A DNA stretch of 64,000 nucleotides from Octopus sinensis (GCF_006345805.1 NC_043006.1:82398001-82462000); one strand, 5' to 3'. Shown: positions 40,341-53,981, counted from the stretch's first letter. Numbers and translations: made by a program. The notes: generated from the sequence alone by a model not told the origin.

Positions 40341-40847
40341 AGGGAAAATAGTAGTTGAAAATGCACTGAGAACAGTTAAAATATTTTTTAATAATACATT
40401 TAAAGCCTTAACCAGTTTCACATTTTACACTGATTTTCAATAAGTTCAAATAGAAAAAAGAGGCTTCTGTCACAGCTGTCTTACTTCTGACTAGTGTTTG
40501 AAGCTTGCCCTATTTTTATAAGGAGTTCATGGCTGGAATTAGTATCTTTTGAATAGGATTTGATTGGTAGAGGATAGTCACATGACTGGTCTTAGAACTG
40601 TTTGTAGGTTCCCTTGGCATTGTAAGTTAAGTATGACACGGTTGACTGAACATGTCCCAACAATGAATACTCTGAATGTTTTCTGTCAAGTGTTTGTAGA
40701 GAAGGAACACATGATTAAGTTTATAACTTTTTGCACTTTACTCTTTAGAAATAATTATGAGTGGATATGGTAAAAGAAGAAAAGGATTGGGATGTATTAA
40801 TAAAAAATATTTGAACTATTCTCAGTGCATTTTCAATTATTTTTCCT
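40341..40847. mobile_element. Element with ~55-bp terminal inverted repeats beside a (TA)n array
   Basis: agggaaaatagtagttgaaaatgcactgagaacagttaaaatattttt pairs with aaaaatatttgaactattctcagtgcattttcaattatttttcct. Confidence 0.65.
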
Positions 40848-40886
40848 GTATTTCTACATGTGTAGAATAAACTAACTTTGTTTTCT

Positions 40887-40947
<61 letters not shown>

Positions 40948-41277
40948 CACATAAATATATATTTATATTCTCTTTATTTTATATATATTCTGCTTATTAT
41001 ACAATATTACTCTTTTATGTACACTTTTTTATGTACACTGATTTGTTTTGCTTTTTTTATGTATAACCCTACAGTCTCTTATGTGGTGGTTTCATAAAGT
41101 ATGTGATTGAGTATTATCTGGTAATTGATATTTGATTTAGATGTATTTCTCCATTTTCTTATCTTGTATTAGTAATTTGTGGTAAATCATTTTACCTTTG
41201 CCCATATAATACAGCAAATGAATTGATTGCATCGCAATCCTTAACATTTATGTATTAACTTTATTGGGTACTTCACT

Positions 41278-41491
41278 CAGCTGTAGAAATGAGTTGCGAC
41301 GTCACTGGTGCCAAGCTGTATCGACCTTTGTCTTTCCCTTGGATAACACTGGTGGCGTGGAGAGGGGAGGCTGGTATGCATGGGCGACTGCTGGTCTTCC
41401 ATAAACAACCTTGCCCGGACTTGTGTCTAGGAGGGTAACTTTCTAGGTGCAATCCCATGGTCATTCATGACCAAAGGGGGTCTTTACCCCT
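41278..41491 (+). mobile_element. 5'-truncated retroposon with 9-bp TSD
   Basis: TSD tacttcact at 41269-41277 and 41492-41500; a reverse-oriented relative lies at about 43975-44095. Confidence 0.7.
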
Positions 41492-41681
41492 TACTTCACT
41501 AGCAGTATATTGGATATATGTTATCCCATGGAGGGTTGCATTTACAACCCCTATCTCAATTTGTATATACATAAATATATATTTATATGTATGTAATTCT
41601 CAATGTATATACATCAATGTGTGTGTATGTATTATAGCACAACAAAAATAATAACAGTAAATATCAATGAAGTCAACTTAC

Positions 41682-41831
41682 TTGCTAGAAGCATGACGCC
41701 CCTTGCAACACTGTACATGCGATATTTCAACTTGCAATTTTTCGTATTCAGACCAATAACAGCAGCAAATGTTGCAAGAAGACATATCAGTAATGACATG
41801 ATGCACATAGCAGCACAAGCCGACCTCCAGG
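41682..41831 (-). CDS. TMEM47: TMEM47/VAB-9-like, penultimate coding exon (TM2-TM3)
   Basis: Acceptor ttctctttatgtctttccag, donor A|gtaag; 150 nt, phase 1 to phase 1, xWRSACAAMCIMSLLICLLATFAAVIGLNTKNCKLKYRMYSVARGVMLLA; splices in frame to 38462-38697. Confidence 0.9.
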
Positions 41832-43064
41832 CTGGAAAGACATAAAGAGAAGAACGTTAACATATATATAGAAGAGGAAATATTAAGATAATGAGACATA
41901 TGTTGATATTATATTGCTGTTGCCTTGGGAAGGTCCTTATACCAATCGTTACCAGCGTTGCCTTACTGGCACTTGAGCCCTGTGCTAGGAGGGTGCTAAG
42001 AACACCATCCGAGCGTGATCGTTGCCAGATCGGCTAACTGGTTTCCATGCCGGTGGCACGTAAAAGGCACCATTTGAGCATGATCGTTACCAGCATCGCC
42101 TTACTGGCACTTGTGCCGGTGGCATGTGTAAAAAGATTCGAGTGAGGTCACTGCCAGTACCGCCTGGCTGGCCCCCATGCCGGTGGCATGTAAAAGCACC
42201 CACTACACTCTCGGAGTGGTTGGCGTTAGGAAGGGCATCCAGCTGTAGAAACTCTGCCAGATCAAGATTGGAGCCTGGTGCAGCCCTCAGTCAAATCATC
42301 CAACCCATGCTAGCATGGGAAGCGGACGTTGAACGATGATGATGATGAGGACGATTCCCTTTAAACTTTGCTTTAGTGACCTGACAACAATGTTTTGAAA
42401 CTGACCCTATTTTCCATTTCATTTCAGGCAGATTCAGTGCTGAGTTGCTGAAGCAGAAATATCGTTTTGGCACATATTCTGCTCACAAACACAGATTTGT
42501 TTGTCATTTGCTTGACCTTGACCACATGACCATATCCCTTAGTGGCTGACAATATGTGCATCTCTGATCATGAACAGGAGTAGTGGGGGTACATCATAGT
42601 GATGTGTTGAGAGGGAGTCTTTGGGGTTTGAATAAATGTAAGAAAAGCAAAGTTGAAAGGAAATATTAGCCAGTTTTCATACATTCTAGTGTTTAGCAAA
42701 TAGGAATTAAAAGTTGCTACACAAGAACAAAGATCATCTTACATAGTGTAATAAATACATGCATTGGTTCTATTTCACTTCTTTTGTCATTATTTGTTAA
42801 CTTATTAACCATTCAACTAATTAACTAATCACTTGTTTGATTGATTGTTTGGTGAATCAGTCAGTCAGTTTGGTTTGTTCAGAGTCTTTACATGGTCATT
42901 TGTGATCTATTTAATGACCGGCCTTCTCTGCTCTGGTTTTCTTAGTCTTTTATTGGCATAATGATCCTCCAAAGATACAACAAAATCTGTTACAATACAC
43001 AACTTCACATGAAGAATCTTGCAAACTAGAAACAAAAGCAAAATGTAGATATTTTTGCCATTGT

Positions 43065-43195
43065 AGGTGTAGGAATGGCTGTGTGGTAAGTAGCTTGCTT
43101 ACCAACCACATGGTTCTGGGTTCAGTGCTACTATAGCCTTGGGCTGACCAAAGCCTTGTGAGTGGGTTTGGTTGACGGAAACTCAAAGAAGCCTG

Positions 43196-43243
<48 letters not shown>

Positions 43244-43461
43244 GTGTGTGTGTATGTTTGTGTGTCTGTGTTTGTCCCCCCAACATCGCTTGACAACCGA
43301 TGCTGGTGTGTTTACGTCCCCCGTAACTTAGCGGTTCAGCAAAAGAGACCGATAGAATAAGTACTAGGCTTACAAAGAATAAGTCCTGGGGGTCAATTTG
43401 CTTGACTGAGGGCGGTGCTCCAGCATGGCCACAGTCAAATGACTGAAACAAGTAAAAGAGT
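43065..43461 (+). mobile_element. CORE-type SINE
   Basis: Family head and tail present; other copies at 27135-27457(+), 47388-47822(-), 53310-53800(+), 59460-59715(-), 62060-62418(-), 63145-63468(+). Confidence 0.85.
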
Positions 43462-44113
43462 AATTATAACTATTATTATTGTAATTCACGTGAGCATGCA
43501 TGGCCTGGTGGTTATGGTTTTGTACTCATGATCCCAAGATCATCGGTTCAATTCCTGGACCGGGTGGTGCATTGTGGTCCTGAGCAAAGCACTTTATCTC
43601 ACATTGCTCTGCAATTGCTTCGACACCTGGTGTGTGGTGCAATGTGAACCTGTTCAAGCAATGTTGATTTGATGGCGGGAATGAGCTTACGCACAGCTCA
43701 TACATTTCATTGTTAAACACAAATCATCTGTGCCCGTTGTTCAGCTAGAAATTACAGAACTGTCTTTCTTGGAATACAAGAGACTATCACTATATCATCA
43801 TTATACATAACACTTCTTAGAAATTATCAGGTAGATATTGGTAAAATAGGAGTAAAACTGTCGAAGGCAAATAAATGTGATGTAAAAATGCTCTAACTTT
43901 TACAGATCAAACTATTAATATTTTCTAGAACCTGTCTGCGTGTATCTATCTTTATATGTAAGGATAAGGATAAGACTACCTTCGGTCATGAATAACCATG
44001 GGACTGCACTGAGAAAGTTCCCCTCCGAGGAACAAGTCTGGGAAAGGTTGTTTATGGAAGACCAGCAGTCGCCCATGCATACCAACCCTCCCTATACAGT
44101 TTAGTAAGGTCAG

Positions 44114-45160
44114 TTGGGCATTGTTTGTGAGAAAAACAGCACCATGACACAATTCATTCTGCCAGAAATTTGGAAAAGACATGCTGTACTGCTTGGCATT
44201 CGGACTGGAGGCTTCAATACAAACATTTCAGAGTGTTTGATTGTCAATCTGAGGACAATGCAGAGGATTCGGAAAGAGGTGGATGAGTCTAATGGTGATT
44301 GCAAAAGTAATCTCACTCTGATCGTTTTGATAAGAAAAGAACTCCTGAAAATATTGGTGAGATTCAGATCATGATTGACAATAATCCCTCCAAGTCAATC
44401 AGGTCCCTTGCCAGGGACATGGGAGTGTCTGAGTTTCTTATCAGACATTTGGTATTCTTCATGCAAGATGAAAAAGGGCCAATTTTTATCGCAAGCCATG
44501 AAAGACATGAAGAAAGACTGCACTATGAAGTTTTAGAGCAAACTCAAGCATCCTCTCCAACCAAACATGCTTTGGTTTCTCTCAGACGAGAAAAATTTCT
44601 GGCAGGATCAGATGGTGAACAAACATAACAACCGTCGGCTTACCATGTCCCCAAAACATGTACTGAGAGTGATAACAATCAAACACCCTGTCAACATCAT
44701 GGTGTTTGGAGTGACTGCTAATGATGGCAATGCTATGCTTCCATTTATCTTCCCATACGGCCTCAGACTCAACATGGAGGCCTACATCAAGTGCCTGGAG
44801 CAGGTAGTTCTGCCCTGGGTCAAGAGGGTGGCTGCTGGAAGACCCTATGTCTGGCAATATGACTCTGCACTATGCCACACAAGCAGGAGAACCTAGTCAT
44901 GGCTGTCAAACAATTTCTGCGACCACATCACCCCGAACATCTGGCCACCTAATTCCTCAGACTGCAACCCTCTTGGTGTGTGGGGTGCATTTGAGCGAGA
45001 GACCAAAAAAATTCTTTCTGACACCAAAGATGAACTGAAGGTAAGGATTATGGCAGCATTTACCAACTTCAACAAGAAGACTGTCCAGAAGAATTTCAGG
45101 AGATTTTGAAATCGTGTGTAGGCTGTGGTTGAAGCCAATGGCGATTTTACTGAAAAAATT
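44114..45160 (+). pseudogene. Decayed maT/DD37D-type Tc1/mariner transposase
   Basis: Fragments KSIRSLARDMGVSE (HTH), WFLSDEKNF, MVFGV, WQYDSALCHTS, WPPNSSDCNPL; 37 residues separate the second D from the expected (deleted) third D; stops and frameshifts. Confidence 0.85.
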
Positions 45161-45497
45161 TACACTTTAGTATTTCAAAATATTTTTATATAATTAATAT
45201 ATCTGTTAAAATGAGATGTCAGTGTTATTCTCATTTTTGCGTAATTTAGACAATTTATTCACCACAATTTATTCAACTTAAACAAAGAGACCATCTAGAA
45301 GAATTTCAGAAGATTCCTAAGTCGTCTGGAGGCCATGGTTGAAGCCAATGGGGATTTTATTGAATAAATTTACTCTTTAGTATTTCAAGATATTCTTATG
45401 CAATTTTGGTAAATATCAGTGAGAAAGAGATGTCAGAGATATTTTCATTCTTGCATAATTTAGACAACAATTTAGTTGTGTATATATATATATATAT

Positions 45498-45748
45498 ATA
45501 CTAAGTAATTAAGGGTTTAGCAACGATTTGCCTCACCATACACCGAATTTAGAAATAGCAGTCAAAAAGTTTTGGCTATTCTTTCTACTTAAAAGGGAGA
45601 TCCCAGTAAAACCAAAGCACTTTAAGTGCTTTGGTTTTACTGGGATCTCCCTTTTAAGTAGAAAGAATAGCCAAAACTTTTTGACTGCTATTTCTAAATT
45701 CGGTGTATGGTGAGGCAAATCGTTGCTAAACCCTTAATTACTTAGTAT
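45498..45748. repeat. Perfect 251-bp palindrome (125-bp arms, 1-nt spacer at 45623)
   Basis: Arms are exact reverse complements by inspection; ORFs 45528-45713(+) and 45533-45718(-) differ at one residue. Confidence 0.95.
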
Positions 45749-45850
45749 TACTTAAACCTTCCTTGAATGGGTCTTTTACATGCCGAACTCTACTTGGTGA
45801 AATTAATGATTATTTCTAAATTAATTAATTTCACCCTTTATTATTATTGA

Positions 45851-45890
<40 letters not shown>

Positions 45891-47256
45891 AGTAAGGATT
45901 ATAAACTTTGTATGACTTAATAGAGTTGTCGCTGTTTCATTATGTATTTAGGAGGGGTTGTAATTTACTTATTGAATTTATTTATCGATATGGTTGTACA
46001 TCGGGTAAATGTGTTTGAAAATAGTGGTTTCTTTGGTTTGTTTGTTCCCAAACAACACTTATTTTAGTGGTGTTAACACTGCCGGACTGAATGGTACTTT
46101 GCAGGTGTCGAAACCAGAATGATATCCATTGAGCAGCTGATGATGGAGGTATGTTAGATTATTGGTATGGCTGTGGAGTAGTATTATAACACATCCTTTT
46201 GATATATATATATATATATATATATATCCCCAGCCCATCCAAAGTACCTTGGATTGCAGGACGGCCTGCTGTGCTTACTATGGATCGTAGGGTGACCTAC
46301 TGTGCTTGAAGAGACCTGTTGAGTCAAGTACATCAACATCAAAATAAAAATCAAATCTAAATTGTAGTTGTGATACCCTTGCCGGTGGCACGTAAAAAGC
46401 ACCATCCGAACGTGGCTGATGCCAGCGCTGCCTTGACTGGCTTCCATGCCAGTGGCACGTGAAAAGCATCAACTGATTGTGGCTGTTGCCAGCCTCGCCT
46501 GGCACCTGTGCTGGTGGCACGTAAAATGTACCCGCTACACTCACGGAGTGGTTGGCGTTGGGAAGGGCATCCAGCTGTAGAAACACTGCCAGATCTGACT
46601 GGAGCTTGGTGCATCCTCCTGGCTTCCCAGACCCCAGTTGAACCGTCCAACCTATGCTAGCATGGAAAGCGGACGTTAAACGATGATGATGATGATGATG
46701 AAGATGATCTGCTTGATCAGGACTGGCCTAAAACCAAAACAACCAGCAGCAATGACTTTTACTTGACAACCTGTCTCCCTTCCTGTTCCTAACCATTCCT
46801 ATACCACCACTACCATCTCTACCATAATTGGCTTCATTGCTAACCTGGTATGCATGCATTACCAGGTATGGAAGGTCGCAAAGATGTAATAAATTACAAC
46901 TGAGAGAAATAGCTGTGTAAAGCATGATTAATTCCTAGCAATGAACTTGGCTTTTCTTATGTTCCATACAACAATATAATGATGAAACTAGACAACAGTG
47001 AGCAGGAAATCTATACATCCTGCCTTGGAGGTGGATATTAGAAACAGAGAAGCAGATGTGCTATAGGTTAAATGGTTGTTTTTGAATATGGATACACATG
47101 TATGTGCTCGCACACACACGCACATATCCATCTTCCATTTACCAGGATATAATATATATATATATATGATATATAATATATATATATGTATATATATATA
47201 TATTGATATGTTTATTTACTTACATGTCTCTATCTCACTTTCTCTTTTTTCTTGCA

Positions 47257-47312
<56 letters not shown>

Positions 47313-47880
47313 CACGTGCACACACATTCACACACAAGTATGTATGCATTGATATATATATATATATATATTTATATATATGTACATATTCTTTTACTTG
47401 TTTCAGTGATTTGACTGCGGTCATACTGGAGCACCACCTTTAGTCGATTAAATAAACTCCAGGACTTATTGTTTATAAGCCTAGTACTTATTCTATCAGT
47501 CTCTTTTGCCAAACCGCTAGGTTATGGGGACATAGACACACACCAACATCAGTTGTCAAGTGATAGTTGGGGGAGAAACACACACACACAGAAGCACACA
47601 CACACACACACACATGCACACACACATACACGCACACACACACACACACACACAAACATATACGATGGGCTTCTTTCAGTTTCTGTTTACCAAATCTACT
47701 CACAAGGCTTTGGTTGGCCCGAGGCTATAGTGGAAGACACTCATCCAAGGTGCTACATAGTAGGACTGAACCCGGAACCATGTGGTTGGTAAGCAAGCTA
47801 CTTACCACAAAACCACACCTGCGTCTCTCTCTCTCTATATATATACATACACACACACGTGCAGACACACACACATACAC

Positions 47881-48027
47881 ATGTATGTATGTATGTATGT
47901 ATGTATGTATGTATGTATGTATGTATGTATGTATGTATGTATGTATGTATGTATGCATGCATGTATGTATGTATGTATGTATGTATGTATGTATGTATGT
48001 ATGTATGTATGTATGTATGTATATATG

Positions 48028-48061
<34 letters not shown>

Positions 48062-48127
48062 TGTATGTATGCATGTATGTATGTATGTATGTATGTATGT
48101 ATGTATGTATATATGTATATATGTATG

Positions 48128-48161
<34 letters not shown>

Positions 48162-48180
48162 TGTATGTATGCATGTATGT
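47881..48180. repeat. (ATGT)n microsatellite
   Basis: About 300 bp of atgt repeats with occasional variants. Confidence 0.95.
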
Positions 48181-48483
48181 ATACACAAGCAAATACAAAC
48201 ATTTATCTGTACAAATATAAGAAGAGAGCAACTTAATATATTCTGCAGAGTATGTATTTATAATTAGGCAGTTAACGATTAATTATGGCGTTTATGAAAG
48301 CTTCATATCCGCATGAAAAATACATCTGTGATCTTTCAGATGCAGTTCATAGACCCATAAGAAATGTATCAATCTGTATGTCTATGAGTTTGTGTGTGTG
48401 TGTGTGTGTTCATGTGTGTGCTAATGCACATGTACCTCCCCACATAACCCCCCATTTACACACACGCGTGCACACACATACAC

Positions 48484-48745
48484 ATGCACACACACACACA
48501 TAAAATACACACACACATGCATACACACATGCACACACACACACATAAAATACACACACACATGCATACACACATGCACACACACACACATAAAATACAC
48601 ACACACATGCATACACACATGCACACACACACACATAAAATACACACACACATGCATACACACATGCACACACACACACATAAAATACACACACACATGC
48701 ATACACACACACATAAAATACACACACACATGCATACACACATGT
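48484..48745. repeat. 45-bp minisatellite built from CA microsatellite
   Basis: Unit atgcacacacacacacataaaatacacacacacatgcatacacac repeated about 5 times. Confidence 0.9.
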
Positions 48746-49086
48746 ACACACACATACACTCACATGCACACACATATATACACATGCACACACATACAAA
48801 CATACGCACACACAAATGAACCCACACATACCTCCCATACACACACACGCAGAGAGACTCACTGCACAAAAAAAACACACACAACATATACACGCACACA
48901 CACATACTTCAAACTACCAGTTAAACACCTTTCTACTGACCATTCTCCTACACATGTGAAGGAGACACACAACAGACAGCCACTCCTACTAAAATTCTTT
49001 CTAGACATTAAGCCACACACATATAGAAACAGCCACAACTCCGCCCCACATACACATGCACAAACATGTGCTATCATTACACACAA

Positions 49087-49125
<39 letters not shown>

Positions 49126-49170
49126 CATATATAATGTATATAATATATATATATAATTTATATATATATA

Positions 49171-50354
49171 TCTCTTATTATAAAAGGCAGATTTTATCTG
49201 CCTCCCTTTGGGAGTTATACAAATCTACAATATAGGATTTCTTCAATTACAATTTACCTAGCATTTTTAAGAGTAGAATGCATCGGGTCATGCCAGGTCC
49301 AGTTTTTAAAATTTAAACTCCAATTAAGCAAAATTTACAGAAAACTCACATTCTGGTGTGTGTGTCAAATGCTTTTCTTAGTCTGGTTTACACCACACGC
49401 AAACACACACACACAGTGTGCAACCAATAAAGTGAAACTAGATGTAATATTTGTTTCTGTCTATCACACTGATAGATACATGAGTAAAATGTATGGGAAG
49501 CTAACAGATAAGAGTGAGTGAAAATGTTCTTGGAAGAGAGTAAATTAGCGACAGAGTGATTTGAGGAAGACTAAGACTAAACTGAAAGTATGAAACAGTG
49601 TTTATGTATAAACAGACGACACTTATATAAACCCTTTCGTTACCAAACCGCCCGAATTTACCTATTCATATTTAAATGAGAATATCAGAGTAAATCTCTT
49701 TAGTAGATTCGTGAAAACACGTATTATACTTCGTAAACACTTCAAATACAGTTTTGTACAAAAATCGAAGTGTAATTTTAATTCCGTGAATTATGGGAGA
49801 TTTTTTTCCGAAATTTGTTCCTATTGTGTTTTCAAAATTTGTAATTCTGACAAAAAATGGATACGAATTTCATTATATCAAGCAGCGAGTCAGAATTCGA
49901 AGGATTTTCTACTGAAGACCTTCATAAATCTAACTCTAGGACTGAAAAAAAAAACCATCTTTATATAAGAGTGAAGTTGTGTGTCTGTCCCCTTCGATTT
50001 AGATTCGTAACTACTCCCACATTTTGCAGTGCAGTTTAACCAAAAGCGGGTATCTTATAGTCGTGATTCATATCGAGCCCTTCTGGGTATTAGCGCGCGT
50101 CTACGATGAGTCTACGATTTTAAAAAAATTTACCATCATATTTTTCCATTTTAATGCATTTTTTTCGCTTTTATATAAGGGAAGTAACTCTCTAAAAATA
50201 TCTACGATGTGTCAACGATTTAAAAAAAAAATTTACCTTAATTTTTTTTCAATTTTTAATGCATTTTTTTGCTATTTTTTGGCTATAACTCTCTAAAAAT
50301 GCTTATATAGTTATTTCCCTTACAAACCCGAGCAACGCCGGGCGATACTGCTAG
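49171..50354 (+). mobile_element. Composite non-autonomous Helitron
   Basis: 5' TC starts at 49171 (tctcttattataaa) and 49958 (tctttatataag); 3' hairpin cccgagcaacgccggg then CTAG|T. Confidence 0.75.
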
Positions 50355-50539
50355 TATAATATATATATATATAATATATATATATTATGTACATTATATA
50401 TGTATATATATATATATTATATATATATATATATGTGTGTGTGTGTTATTAAAACTCCTCAGTAAACCATAGTTAGTAGCACTAAGACCTCCAACAACTA
50501 ACAACTGGTTGTTCAAAGTTTGCATATATAATGTGCATG

Positions 50540-50573
<34 letters not shown>

Positions 50574-50641
50574 ATATGCACACACACATATATATATTTA
50601 TAAGTATGTACATATAACGCATATATATATATATATATATG

Positions 50642-51904
50642 TTGGGTCATCCCATAAATAATGCAGTTTTTCTATACTTCTTTTATTTTTCAAAATTAAG
50701 ATAAACAAAGTTCTTTTTTAATTTAAAATATGCTCTCCTTCATTTTCTACAATGCACTTTCATCTACCTGGTAGAATTGCAAGACCCCTCTTCCAAAATT
50801 CACTTGTCCGTGACGAAAAATACTCCTCCAGTACTGTTCTGACCTCATCTACAAAATTCATATTTTTTCTGTGCAAATGATTTTGAAGACATTTTGCAAT
50901 GTCCGGCAAATATGGTAGGTAGGGCATCGTTTCTCATTCAAACTGCTCCAGCCTTTGAAATGTCATCCTTGCTGTATGTGGCCAAGCATAATCCTGATGG
51001 AAGAACACCTTTCGTCTTGAAAGCTAAGATGGTTGTTTTTCTTCTAGCACTGACATAAGCCCCTCAAGCTGCTTATAGTAGATCTCCTTTGCTATCATTT
51101 GGTTTGAATTTAAAAGTTCGAAGTGGACTTAACCTTTCATATCCCACCAAACAGATAACAACACCTTACGTGGGTGAAGACTTTCTTTAGCCTGGGCTGC
51201 TGGTGTTTCTCCTTTCCCTACCCGCTGTCTTCAGCGCTTGACATTTTTATAGAGAACCCATTTCTCATCACCAGTTACTATTCGGTCCAGTAAAGGTTCA
51301 TTCTTGAGACATGACAGCAAAGAAGATCACACATTCACTCTCTGCACGGGATTAGACTTGGAAAGTTTGTGAGGAACCCATTAATCCAATTTGCTGACTT
51401 TTCCAATGGCATGCAGGTGTCGATGAATGGTTGAATGACCAAATCCAATATTCTCTGCTAGTTCCTTGACAGTTACAATAGGATTTTGTTTCACCAGAGT
51501 TCGCAGGACGTCCTTGCCGAGCTCTACAGATCTTCCAAGACAAGGCTTATCTTCTAGGATGTAGTTTCCAGCTTGGAATTTCTGGAACCACTGTTGACAC
51601 TGGTTTACGCTTATTGCCCAATCCCCTTATACTGCATTAATATTCCTCGCACTTTCTGTTGCATTGTTACCTTTATTGAACTCATAAAGCAAAATATGCC
51701 AAATATACTCCTTTGTCATTTCCTTTATAGCTTTGAAAAAATAACTTAAAATCGAACTGCACTCATCAAAACTTGCACCAAGAATAAAATAAGGTAAAAT
51801 TACTACCTGCTTTTATAGCAAGTTAATGCAGTTAGTTTATCTCTTTTCCCATTGACATTTAGTTCATGCAATTGAAAAACTGAATTATTTATGGGGTGAC
51901 CCAA
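50642..51904 (-). mobile_element. Full-length decayed mariner (DD34D-type) transposon
   Basis: TIRs ttgggtcatcccataaataatgcagtttttc / gaaaaactgaattatttatggggtgacccaa|ta; minus-strand motifs WVPH, LDRIVTGDEKW, KVLLSVWWD, FHQDYAWPH, PYLPDIA; disrupted. Confidence 0.9.
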
Positions 51905-51916
51905 TATGTATATATA

Positions 51917-52300
51917 TCTATTATATAAAATCCATTCTGTCTGTCTGTGTGTGTCTTCTAGGATCTCAGGCATCCTCCATCCCATTGCACGCAAATTTGA
52001 TATGTAGATATCGACGGTATTAGGGCATGTATAAGTCTTGAAAAATTTACAAAAATCGATTCCAAGTGAGAATGCAATCGATAAAGCCGTGGGAACGTGC
52101 ATTTGTATGTGCAAGTACATCTGCTGTTGCGATCAATGCTACGCGTATGCAAGAAAAATGCACATGCAGTTTGCACAAAAAAAAAAACTGGCTGGCTTGA
52201 AGTAATGCCACAAAATGGGATGGTAGGACAAGTTGTTTTGAGAAAATTTGGTTTAAATGTTTGACAACTCAGCACCGTCCATTGGACAGCGGCGGCATTT
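51917..52300 (+). mobile_element. Helitron-like 5' fragment
   Basis: a|tctattatataaaa start followed by ctgtctgt repeats; no CTAG terminus seen. Confidence 0.45.
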
Positions 52301-52334
52301 TGCTCATATATATATATATGTATAGATAGAGCAG

Positions 52335-52453
<119 letters not shown>

Positions 52454-53230
52454 TATATACATATATATATATATATATATACATATATATATTTACAAAC
52501 ACATATGCACACACATTCATATACATCTATATGAATGCAGAGATGGAACTGAATCTGAGTGCAGTTGAACTTTTAAGTGGAAGAGAAGCATCTTTGGAAC
52601 AAAAAAGCCATTCATTGATACCATAATTCCTACTATCATCTTTTCAATCTTCCATTTTTCTCTATTTTGGTACCTGGTTGTTTATTTTACTGTAACAAAC
52701 GGGATTCTCTGAAATTCTTAACATATAAAAGCTTGATGGATTTTGTATGTTGTTGTTTGTCTTATCATGATACATATGGGATATGCATAAATATACACAT
52801 ATACAAACACACACATGCACACACACACACACACAAACACACACATATATATATATATACACACATATATATGTGTGTGTGTGTGTGTTTATGTGTACAT
52901 GTATGCATATATATGTATATATATATAAGTATATAAATATATGTGTATATAAATAGAGAGAGAGGTGAGATGGGGTTAATAGTTAATAGTCATACAAGCC
53001 AAGGAAAAGATCACTCAACATGTTTTGTTGAGCTTATATTTATTTGTGTTCACAGTTTGACTCAGAATCAAGTTACTTCAAAGGAGTAAAGCACTAAATT
53101 ACTCCTGACCATTCAGATGCTTGATTCTGAATACATACATACATACGAACATATATGCATACACATATGCACACACACACACATACACATGCACACACAC
53201 TATGTGTGTGTAATATGTATGTATATATAT

Positions 53231-53307
<77 letters not shown>

Positions 53308-53473
53308 TATAGGCATAGGAGTGGCTGTGTTGTAAGTAGATTGCTTATGAACAACATGGTTCCGGGTTCAGTCCCACTGTGTAGCACCTTGGGCAAGTGT
53401 CTTCTACTATAACCTCGGGCTGACCAAAGCCTTGTGAGTGGATTTGGTAGACAGAAACTGAAAGAAGCCCGTC

Positions 53474-53532
<59 letters not shown>

Positions 53533-53981
53533 TATGTTGTTGTATGTTGTGATGTAGTGTATGTATGTTGTGTGTGTGTGTATGTGTTTGTGTGTCTGTG
53601 TTGTCCCCCCAACATCACTTGACAACCGATGCTGGTGTGTTTACATCCCTGTTACTTAGTGGTTCAGCAAAAGAGACTGATAGAATAAGTACTAGGCTTA
53701 CAACGAATAAGTCCTGGGGTCGATTTGCTCAAGTAAAGGCGGTGGTCCAGCATGGCCGCAGTCAAAGGACTGAAACAAGTAAAAGAGTAAAAGAGTAAAG
53801 AGAGAGTATATATATATATATGCACTGATCCTTGATAGAAGATTCAACAAAAAATGTACTCCATCTGGTGAGAGATAAATTTCATTATATATATAATATA
53901 TATAAATAATATTATTATTTATATATATATTATATATATATATATAATATATATATAATATATTATATATATATAATATAC

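Noticed and set aside
41945-42200. Regularly spaced ~60-bp repeats resembling a CRISPR array
   Set aside because: Whole units are homologous with no unique spacers, no cas genes, and a eukaryotic retroposon context.
46081-46120. ctgaatg-gtac...gtgtc-gaaa as another hammerhead core
   Set aside because: Core deviates from CUGANGA and stems I and III could not be formed convincingly.
47567-49156. Long ORFs rich in Y/I/C/V/M/H/T (also 37.5, 52, 53 and 60-61 kb)
   Set aside because: Translations of TA, CA and ATGT microsatellites, not proteins.
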